Shown one piece after another: positions 16,709 through 24,327 of a stretch of 25,297 bases of DNA (its first letter is position 1; the number at the start of each line of letters is the position of its first letter). Origin of the DNA: a virus (lineage: Duplodnaviria; Caudoviricetes); the IMG/VR virus record IMGVR_UViG_3300043409_001340, positions 1-25,297 of that record, one strand, 5' to 3'. A model generated the notes under the pieces. It was given only the letters and a program-made list of their open reading frames with translations. It had not been told where the DNA came from and did no database searches. Made by a program: the position numbers and the translations under genes.

Positions 16709-18676
16709 ATGAAACCTATAGAACAAATCAGTACCGACCTTTTTGAAAAGCTCAGAGCTCGTTCTGAAGATATCAACATGGGCGATGAAGAAGCCAACGA
16801 TACAGTAGACCCTGCAGAAGCCAGGTTTTTTAACTTTGACTACAAACAACGCAAAGAAAGTTTTGGTAACATTACTATTACTGTTGCTGACAAGAAGGGG
16901 TTGAAAGTATTTTATAGTAAAAATATAACAAATAATCCAGACCTTGATTCCAAGGATTGGTATGCATTTTTAAAAGGATTAAGGAATTTTGCTATGAGAA
17001 ACTTACTAACTTTTGACGCTAGAGACATTGGCAAATCCAGTCTAGCATTGCGCGATATCAAGACATTTGCTAAAACGTATTCCAAAGATTCCACAGTTAA
17101 AGATATTGCTGAAAGCAAGCTATACGGGTCAACTAAAAGCAGTTATCAGAAAATGGGTCCGGTTAAACTAATTGTCAAACACAGCGCACAAGTTGATGAG
17201 AACATCCATGGTGCTCGTAGCAGAAATATTGAAAAGATTTTCATTGAAAACAATGAAGGTGAACGTTTTAAATTAGAAAGCAACAATCTATTGGCTGGCA
17301 GAGTTATTGCTCGCCATGTCAGCAATGGTGGTGCTCACAATGATGCATTTTCCAAACATGTAAATGAATCCATTAACGAATTAAAAGATTTGCGTTACTT
17401 TGTGATGTCCAGCAAACGTAGACAATTTGAAGATGCTACTACGACACAGATGGTGGAATCAGCAGTAGAGTATTACAACACATTACGTGAAACACTACAT
17501 CGTCTTAAAGGACAACGTGGCTATACCAAATATATGGAAAGTTTTGAAGAAAGCTCATCTGCCGAACAGTTAGATGAGATGACTGAAGATCTCAAAGAAC
17601 GCTTTATCCAAAAGTATTTTGATCAAAGAATGGAACAAGCGATCCCACACATTGCCAAAGCATATGCTGCCACAATCCGTGAAGCCGCACAAGTAGCCAA
17701 ACAAATTGCACAATTTGAAACCGGTACCGTCAGATTTGGATTAAATGAATCTGATCGTGACATGTTGGGCTTGTTGGAGTTTACCGACAAGAATGCATTT
17801 ATGATCAAGATGTTGGAAAACATCAGTACTAAATTATCTGAATCTGATAAAGTAATAGCCAAGTTTGCTAGACATGTTATGGAAAACTGGGATACTGCCA
17901 ACAAAACAAATCGCGAGATGGCCGGCAAATTGGTTCGTAGCTATGTTAAAGAAATCAAAGACATCGTAAAAAAAAACCATAACATAGTTGAACAAGAAGT
18001 ATCAGAAGCCCCTTCAGATACTGGCCATTTACGTTTGATACTGCAACAAGCATTGCGAGCTAAGAAATTAGGTAAGCCATTGGCTAGTGTGATGCGTCCA
18101 GCTGATATCAATTTATTAATTATGGCGCAAGGTGCTGGTTCGTTATCCGACTTACTTAAACAACCCGTAGTAAAGGAATCTGAGTACCAATTAGACGAAG
18201 GTACCTGGGAGTTACCACTCAGTGAAAAACAAGTAGACAAATTTATTAAATTAATGGCTTCACCATTGGAACTAGGCCCAGATTCTGACAATGCTACCAA
18301 TGCATTGGGTGACTTATTTGGTGATGATGAGTTATTTGATGCATTGGCATCCAAAGCAGACCACCAGCCAGACTTTGATGCAAGACCATTAATTATAAAC
18401 AGACTGTTGCAACTTGCCGCCAAACCACAAAGTATGAAAGCAGACGATGATGAATTGGCAAATATGGCCAATTTATTGAACCAACTTAAAACTTCTGATG
18501 CTGGAAAAACTTATGTTAGTAAAATTGATCTAATATTGAAAAAATATCCTCAAATTAAATCACCAGAACCTGCTACTCCGGCACCAGTAGCACCGCCTGC
18601 TCCAGTAGCACCACCGGCACCAGTAGCGCCTGCTCCAGTAGCACCACCGGCACCAGTAGCACCACCTGCAGCCTAA
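16709..18676 (+). CDS. Large hypothetical late protein (655 aa), probably virion/head-associated
   Basis: Follows a late promoter next to terminase. Several (I/L/V)xE|(S/A/G) sites (DIAE|S, IRE|A, LNE|S, VSE|A, VKE|S, LDE|G). PAPVAP repeat tail. Confidence 0.85.
   Translation: MKPIEQISTDLFEKLRARSEDINMGDEEANDTVDPAEARFFNFDYKQRKESFGNITITVADKKGLKVFYSKNITNNPDLDSKDWYAFLKGLRNFAMRNLLTFDARDIGKSSLALRDIKTFAKTYSKDSTVKDIAESKLYGSTKSSYQKMGPVKLIVKHSAQVDENIHGARSRNIEKIFIENNEGERFKLESNNLLAGRVIARHVSNGGAHNDAFSKHVNESINELKDLRYFVMSSKRRQFEDATTTQMVESAVEYYNTLRETLHRLKGQRGYTKYMESFEESSSAEQLDEMTEDLKERFIQKYFDQRMEQAIPHIAKAYAATIREAAQVAKQIAQFETGTVRFGLNESDRDMLGLLEFTDKNAFMIKMLENISTKLSESDKVIAKFARHVMENWDTANKTNREMAGKLVRSYVKEIKDIVKKNHNIVEQEVSEAPSDTGHLRLILQQALRAKKLGKPLASVMRPADINLLIMAQGAGSLSDLLKQPVVKESEYQLDEGTWELPLSEKQVDKFIKLMASPLELGPDSDNATNALGDLFGDDELFDALASKADHQPDFDARPLIINRLLQLAAKPQSMKADDDELANMANLLNQLKTSDAGKTYVSKIDLILKKYPQIKSPEPATPAPVAPPAPVAPPAPVAPAPVAPPAPVAPPAA
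18578..18670 (+). repeat. Tandem repeats encoding (PAPVAP)n, including a perfect 33-nt tandem duplication
   Basis: GCCTGCTCCAGTAGCACCACCGGCACCAGTAGC at both 18595-18627 and 18628-18660. Five APVAP units in the protein. Confidence 0.9.
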
Positions 18677-18702
18677 ACTGATAAAAAAGTTTTGAATTTC
18701 TC

Positions 18703-18732
18703 TTGACTTGCTAAATAGATGTAGCATATACT
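18703..18732 (+). promoter_or_regulatory. Overlapping sigma70-like and late-type promoters for the SSB gene
   Basis: TTGACT (18703-18708), an 18-nt spacer, then TATACT (18727-18732). GCTAAATA at 18710-18717 lies within the spacer. Confidence 0.65.
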
Positions 18733-18749
18733 ACAGGGGTAGTATGTGC
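18724..18749 (+). repeat. Hairpin overlapping the -10 box
   Basis: GCATATACTAC-AGGG-GTAGTATGTGC: an 11-bp stem with one G-U pair. Confidence 0.8.
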
Positions 18750-18750
18750 A

Positions 18751-18796
18751 ATAGGCATGTATTACAGGCAACGCAACATAGGCAAATTTATAGGCA
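18751..18796 (+). repeat. Four A(T/C)AGGCA direct repeats in the SSB leader
   Basis: ATAGGCA at 18751, ACAGGCA at 18764, ATAGGCA at 18778 and 18790, followed immediately by the SD AAGGAGA. Confidence 0.8.
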
Positions 18797-18810
18797 AAGG
18801 AGAAATTACT

Positions 18811-19785
18811 ATGGCAACATCATTAGCAGAAATCAGAGCAAGGCTTCAACAGCAAGACACAAAAACTCAGGGCACAGGCGATAAAGGAATTTACGCTCAC
18901 TGGAATATCCCAGAAGGTGCTACCACAACAATCCGTTTCCTCCCAGACAGTGACCCTAAGAATTCTTTCTTTTGGGTAGAACGTGCAATGATTAAATTGC
19001 CGTTTGCTGGTATCAAGGGACAACCAGAAAGCAAGCCTACTTGGATTCAAGTACCTTGTATGGAAATGTGGAATGAAACTTGTCCAATACTTACAGAAGT
19101 ACGTCCTTGGTTCAAAGATGAAAGTTTGAAAGAAATGGGTCGCAAATATTGGAAGAAACGTAGTTATGTTTTCCAAGGATTTGTTCGTAAAGATCCGTTG
19201 GGAGAAGAAACTCCAGAAAATCCTATCCGTAGATTCATTATTAGCCCAAGCATTTTTGGTTTGGTTAAGAGTGCATTGATGGATGCAGAGATGGAAGAAA
19301 TGCCCACAGATTATGAACGTGGTCTGGACTTCCAAGTTACTAAAACTACCAAAGGTGGTTATGCCGATTACAGCACCAGCAAATGGAGCCGTAAAGAAAG
19401 CGCATTAACTACAGATGAATTGGCCGCTATTGAAAAATATGGCTTATTTGATCTCAACAGTTTCTTACCCAAGAAACCCGGTGATGTTGAACTCAAGGTT
19501 ATCAAAGAAATGTTTGAAGCCAGTGTAGATGGGCAACCATACGACATGGAACGTTGGGGGCAGTATTACAAACCTGCAGGTGCATCTAGTGGTTACAACG
19601 CATCAGCAACATCGGCCGCATCCAGTGTAGTAGTTGATGATGCCGAGCCTGAAGCACAAGTAAGTGTTGCACCACCATTTACTCCCAATGCATCAGTTGC
19701 GACACCAAGCGAGGCACCAAAGCCAAGTGGACAAAAAGCTGAAGATATTTTAGCAATGATCCGCAGTCGGCAGAAGAAGCAATAA
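18811..19785 (+). CDS. gp32: Single-stranded DNA-binding protein (T4 gp32-like)
   Basis: AAGGAG SD at 18797 supports the ATG at 18811 (MATSLAEIRARL). Contains IRFLPD, VPCMEMWNETCPI, KYWKKRSY and GYADYSTSKW, with a low-complexity linker near the C-terminus. Lies next to UvsX. Confidence 0.85.
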   Translation: MATSLAEIRARLQQQDTKTQGTGDKGIYAHWNIPEGATTTIRFLPDSDPKNSFFWVERAMIKLPFAGIKGQPESKPTWIQVPCMEMWNETCPILTEVRPWFKDESLKEMGRKYWKKRSYVFQGFVRKDPLGEETPENPIRRFIISPSIFGLVKSALMDAEMEEMPTDYERGLDFQVTKTTKGGYADYSTSKWSRKESALTTDELAAIEKYGLFDLNSFLPKKPGDVELKVIKEMFEASVDGQPYDMERWGQYYKPAGASSGYNASATSAASSVVVDDAEPEAQVSVAPPFTPNASVATPSEAPKPSGQKAEDILAMIRSRQKKQ

Positions 19786-19792
19786 AGGGAAA

Positions 19793-19826
19793 GACAACCA
19801 CCTTAACCGGTGGTTGTCATCTTTAT
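19793..19826 (+). terminator. Stem-loop after SSB (possible weak intrinsic terminator or stabiliser)
   Basis: GACAACCACC-ttaacc-GGTGGTTGTC is a perfect 10-bp stem followed by ATCTTTAT (a short U tract). Confidence 0.6.
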
Positions 19827-19886
19827 GAAACTTGTTTGGAGCTCGTCTGGCGGCGGCCGCACACTATTACATTAAAGGAATAAACT

Positions 19887-20948
19887 ATGGGACGACCATT
19901 TGACGTAAGTAAATTTAGAAAAAGTATTACAAAATCAATCGACGGAATTAGTTTTGGGTTTAACGACCCCACAGATTGGATCAGTACCAGCAACTATACA
20001 TTGAACTATCTTATCAGCGGAGACTTTAATAAAGGTATTCCACTAGGCAAGGTTACTGTATTTGCTGGTGAATCAGGTGCGGGTAAAAGTTTTATCTGTT
20101 CAGGTAACCTAGTAGCTAACGCACAGAAACAAGATATTTTTGTTATTCTAATAGATAGCGAAAACGCATTGGATGAAAAATGGCTACATGCACTGGGTGT
20201 AGATACTAGCGAAGATAAATTACTCAAACTCAATATGGCTATGATTGATGATGTGGGTAAGATGATCAGTGAGTTTGTTAAAGAATACAAAACATTACCA
20301 GAAATAGAACGTCCCAAGGTCTTGTTTGTGGTTGACTCGCTGGGTATGTTGCTAACTCCCACGGATGTTAACCAGTTTGAAGCAGGCGATATGAAAGGTG
20401 ACATGGGTCGTAAGCCCAAAGCACTGGCCGCACTGGTTCGTAACTGTGTTAACATGTTTGGTAGTTTAAACATTGGGCTGGTTGCAACCAACCATACCTA
20501 TGCCAGCCAAGATATGTTTGATCCTGATGACAAGATCAGCGGTGGCCAAGGGTTTATCTATGCCAGCTCAATTGTAGTGGCAATGCGTAAACTCAAGCTC
20601 AAAGAAGATGAAGATGGTAACAAAACTTCAGATGTTAGCGGTATACGTGCAAGTTGTAAGATTATGAAAACACGTTATAGCAAACCTTTCGAAACGGTGC
20701 AGATTAAGATTCCCTACGAACAGGGCATGAACCCTTATTCTGGATTAGTTGATATGTTTGAGCACAAAGGTTTATTATCCAAGGAAGGAAATAGTCTTAA
20801 ATATACACTGACAGATGGCACAGTGATCAAGCAATTCCGCAAGGCTTGGGAACGAAATGAAGACGAATCACTGGATAAGGTCATGGCAGACTTTACTGCT
20901 AATCCGCATCATGCTACTGTACAACCTGATAAGGAAACCGCAGAATGA
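19887..20948 (+). CDS. uvsX: RecA/UvsX-family recombinase
   Basis: Walker A GESGAGKS, IDSENA, Walker B VVDSLG, ATNHTY and SGGQGFIYASS. AAGGA SD. Confidence 0.93.
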   Translation: MGRPFDVSKFRKSITKSIDGISFGFNDPTDWISTSNYTLNYLISGDFNKGIPLGKVTVFAGESGAGKSFICSGNLVANAQKQDIFVILIDSENALDEKWLHALGVDTSEDKLLKLNMAMIDDVGKMISEFVKEYKTLPEIERPKVLFVVDSLGMLLTPTDVNQFEAGDMKGDMGRKPKALAALVRNCVNMFGSLNIGLVATNHTYASQDMFDPDDKISGGQGFIYASSIVVAMRKLKLKEDEDGNKTSDVSGIRASCKIMKTRYSKPFETVQIKIPYEQGMNPYSGLVDMFEHKGLLSKEGNSLKYTLTDGTVIKQFRKAWERNEDESLDKVMADFTANPHHATVQPDKETAE

Positions 20949-21169
20949 GTATAGATGTAGAAGTATTAAGCGAGACATATGCAATCTTAATTCAACACGT
21001 ACCACAAAAAGATCGTCAAGAAGCTGCCGATAGTTTAATTAGTGTATTGGTAGATATGCTGGGTGATTCAGAATTACAAGAATTTGGTGGGAGTGATCCA
21101 ACACTTAAACGATCGTTACGGGAATATGCTCCTGAGGACGAGGATGCAGACGACGAAGAAGACGAATAA
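20945..21169 (+). CDS. Small acidic hypothetical protein (74 aa)
   Basis: ATGA overlap with uvsX. Ends in an acidic tail, EDEDADDEEDE. Confidence 0.75.
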   Translation: MSIDVEVLSETYAILIQHVPQKDRQEAADSLISVLVDMLGDSELQEFGGSDPTLKRSLREYAPEDEDADDEEDE

Positions 21170-22340
21170 TATACAGTCTCCCACTAACTTTTACTGTAGT
21201 CAGAAATTTTGGTGGTTGACTGTTGATATTAGTAAAATTCAAACTCTAAGTTGTTGTGCGGCAACTCCAGCTAAAATTAATTTATCATGGTTGCGCGAGA
21301 ATCCAGGCAAACTATTTAATACACCAGAACTACAACATGAGCGTAAGTTAATGTTGTCAGATGTCAAAGTAGATAGTTGCTCAGCTACATGCTGGAATGC
21401 CGAACAACAAGGATTGACAAGTCGTAGGCTAAGTTCAGAAAGCCAACTACGTACACATACTGACATTGATGCATCGCCTCGTATATTGCACATTATCATT
21501 GGTAATGATTGTAATATGACTTGTGTATATTGTTGCAAACAATATAGCAGTGCTTGGACGCAAGATATTCTAACTCATGGCTCTTATGTGGGAGTGGATA
21601 CCCAAGATGATCGATTTACTTTAAATAATACTGATCGAGTGTTGTTAAAACTTAGTCAGAAAGATATTAGCAATTCAGACAATACTCAATTACTATTTGC
21701 TGAGATCAATAGACTTGCGGCTAGTTCTAACTTGGAAGAAATAACTATAACTGGTGGAGAACCTTTTCTTTACTTGGGACTGAGAAATCTAGTAAGAGCG
21801 ATCCCATCACATATTAAAGTTAATATTTGGTCAGGGCTAGGAGTTGACACTGCTCGGTTTACGAGAGAATTATCTTTGTTACCACGGCAAGTTAATGTAT
21901 GTATTAGTGCAGAGAGTACAGATAAACTTTATGAATTTATAAGATATGGAAATACCTGGGACAGATTACAGCGTAATATTGCAGTATTAACAGAGCAACA
22001 AGTAACATATTCATTTTATGCTACCATAAGCAATCTTACATTAAGCGGGCTTCCTAACTTTATTAATTGGGCTGGCGATACTCCTGTGATATATTCACCA
22101 TGTACTGATCCGGAGTTTTTATCAATCCATGTATTGGATGATGAATCTAAAGAAAGAGTATTTAACTTATTGGATAAATTTCCACCATCAGTGCAAAGTA
22201 TGATAACTACTGCTATGCCAAATATCCCATCTGTAAAACAAAGATTAAATTTTAAGAATTATTTAACAACATTTGCTCAACGACGTTCTTTAGAACTAAC
22301 TATGTTTCCTCAATCGCTAATTAACTGGGCAACGAAGTGA
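21144..22340 (+). CDS. Radical SAM protein with N-terminal Cys-rich (twitch/SPASM-like) region
   Basis: CxxxCxxC (CNMTCVYC) and ITGGEPF. N-terminal FYC...SCC...CSATCW. The likely start is the ATG at 21144 (GAGG SD); the track start is 21063. Confidence 0.85.
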   Translation: MQTTKKTNNIQSPTNFYCSQKFWWLTVDISKIQTLSCCAATPAKINLSWLRENPGKLFNTPELQHERKLMLSDVKVDSCSATCWNAEQQGLTSRRLSSESQLRTHTDIDASPRILHIIIGNDCNMTCVYCCKQYSSAWTQDILTHGSYVGVDTQDDRFTLNNTDRVLLKLSQKDISNSDNTQLLFAEINRLAASSNLEEITITGGEPFLYLGLRNLVRAIPSHIKVNIWSGLGVDTARFTRELSLLPRQVNVCISAESTDKLYEFIRYGNTWDRLQRNIAVLTEQQVTYSFYATISNLTLSGLPNFINWAGDTPVIYSPCTDPEFLSIHVLDDESKERVFNLLDKFPPSVQSMITTAMPNIPSVKQRLNFKNYLTTFAQRRSLELTMFPQSLINWATK

Positions 22341-23617
22341 ACAAATACTTCCCAATAAAAACCGATACTGCATGTCAACTCAAATGGACCTGGAGCACAA
22401 TATTCTTAAATGATGGCACTACAGCATCTTGCCATCGTGTGGGTAGACATCCTATACCAATTGACAATTTTGACAAATTTCATAACACAGAAGAGAAGAT
22501 ACGACAACGGGAAAGTATGTTACGTGGAGAATGGCCACAACCATTGGAGTATATGCATGATGATGAGGGATGTAGATACTGCGAAAAAATTGAAAAAAGT
22601 GGTGGACATAGCGACAGACAGCACCATTTAACAATACCAAATTTATCTCCCAAGGAATTGGAAGTAACTCCCAATGCAGTGATTGTAACTCCAAAAATAC
22701 TTGAAGTTTTTATTAATAATACATGCAATTTATCCTGCACTTATTGTAATGCTAGTAATAGTTCTCAAATTGAACGTGAGAATAACAAATTTGGTAATTT
22801 TAATAAAAATGGCGTAACTATACCTATCAAGACAATTGATCGTAATTTAAATCAACAATATATTGAAAAGTTGTTTACGTGGCTTGAAAATAACTCAAAT
22901 GAATTACGAAGATTACATATATTGGGTGGCGAACCTTTATATCAGAAAGAATTTTATAGATGTGTGGATTTCTTTAAAACTCATCCCAATAGAGAATTAG
23001 AATTAAATCTAGTAACCAACCTAATGCTTGCACCTGCTAAATTTCAGTTATTTTTGCAACAGGTGAAACAAATGATAATTCAACGATGTATCAAGCGATT
23101 TGATATTACTGTTAGTTTAGACTGTTGGGGGGATGAACAGGAATATGCTAGATCAGGAATTAAATTAGATACTATTGAAAAAAATATGCAAACATTGCTT
23201 GATGAAAAATGGGTATATCTTAACATTAATAGTACATTAACTCCGCTGACTATTCGTACCTTTCCTGATCTTATAAAAAAGATAAATGAATGGAGAACAG
23301 CTAGGTCAATTCATCATTATTTTCAAACAGTGTTTAACCCCTCGTATCATAATCCTGAAATTTTTGGTGGAGAAGTTTGGCGTACTGATTTTGAATTAGC
23401 ATTATCTCTAATGCAACAAACTAATCCACAGGAAATTACGGCATTTAATTATCTCAATGGTATTTGGTCTCAATTACAAAGTACTTGCGAAAATACAGAA
23501 AAGATAGTACAATTGATTACACATCTAACTGAGTTAGATAGACGCAGAAATACAAACTGGCAACAAGTGTTTCCATGGCTAATCAAATATGAGGAATTAT
23601 GTGGTATAACAAAGTAA
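22337..23617 (+). CDS. Radical SAM protein with N-terminal Cys-rich (twitch/SPASM-like) region
   Basis: CNLSCTYC, ILGGEPL, VTN and VSLD. N-terminal ACQLKW...ASCHR...GCRYCEK. GTGA overlap with the upstream gene. Confidence 0.88.
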   Translation: MNKYFPIKTDTACQLKWTWSTIFLNDGTTASCHRVGRHPIPIDNFDKFHNTEEKIRQRESMLRGEWPQPLEYMHDDEGCRYCEKIEKSGGHSDRQHHLTIPNLSPKELEVTPNAVIVTPKILEVFINNTCNLSCTYCNASNSSQIERENNKFGNFNKNGVTIPIKTIDRNLNQQYIEKLFTWLENNSNELRRLHILGGEPLYQKEFYRCVDFFKTHPNRELELNLVTNLMLAPAKFQLFLQQVKQMIIQRCIKRFDITVSLDCWGDEQEYARSGIKLDTIEKNMQTLLDEKWVYLNINSTLTPLTIRTFPDLIKKINEWRTARSIHHYFQTVFNPSYHNPEIFGGEVWRTDFELALSLMQQTNPQEITAFNYLNGIWSQLQSTCENTEKIVQLITHLTELDRRRNTNWQQVFPWLIKYEELCGITK

Positions 23618-24051
23618 CCCAAGATCTTGGTGAATTGCCAGAATTTATTAATTTTTATATGGCCGAGCTAGACGAGGCCAAACGTGAGATTAGTATAAAT
23701 GGTGTAGTTGAACGTAACATTAGAGATCTGCCTGGTGTAACCGAACGTAGATTTAATCAGCTACAAGAAATTGAAGCGGTATTAAACTATATGAACATTC
23801 AACTACGTAAACTACGCAAAGGATATTTCCAAAAATATCTTGAGAATTATAATCGTGCCCTTACTGCCAGAGATGCTGAAAAATATGTTGATGGAGAAGA
23901 TGAAGTAATTGATTATGAAACACTGATTAACGAAGTAGCATTACTACGTAATCGTTGGTTGGGAGTGATGAAGGCATTGGAATCTAAAAACTTTATGTTG
24001 GGCCATTTAGTTAAACTAAAAACTGCTGGTATGGAGGATTTCTCTCTGTGA
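23599..24051 (+). CDS. uvsY: UvsY-like recombination mediator protein
   Basis: 150-aa helical protein with KYLENYNRALTARDAEKYVDGEDEV. Its size and context (gp32/uvsX cluster) match UvsY-family proteins. Confidence 0.65.
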   Translation: MWYNKVTQDLGELPEFINFYMAELDEAKREISINGVVERNIRDLPGVTERRFNQLQEIEAVLNYMNIQLRKLRKGYFQKYLENYNRALTARDAEKYVDGEDEVIDYETLINEVALLRNRWLGVMKALESKNFMLGHLVKLKTAGMEDFSL

Positions 24052-24326
24052 TATCATATGCAGACATTGAACATACACTACTGGAATGGCGACAGTGGCG
24101 CAATATTGATCATCGTATGCTTAATGATGGCAACCCTACCAAAGTAGCGGTTGGTGTTGATCTGTTTATAATAGAACAAGAGATTGAACTTGTTATTAAA
24201 GATCTTAAACTTAGTTTGATGTCCACTAATGAAGAAGTGGCTGAGCAAAACTATAAGAAATTGTGTGAATTAGTTTGTCAGTATCAACACAACGCCTATA
24301 TAAATCTGCTCAAGGGCGAACATTGA
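24048..24326 (+). CDS. Hypothetical protein (92 aa)
   Basis: GTGA overlap with uvsY. Fills the gap to the next gene. Confidence 0.65.
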   Translation: MISYADIEHTLLEWRQWRNIDHRMLNDGNPTKVAVGVDLFIIEQEIELVIKDLKLSLMSTNEEVAEQNYKKLCELVCQYQHNAYINLLKGEH

Positions 24327-24327
24327 T

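Noticed and set aside
15125-20948. Introns or inteins in terL, gp32 or uvsX
   Set aside because: All three are uninterrupted and of normal length, with no intein or homing endonuclease motifs.
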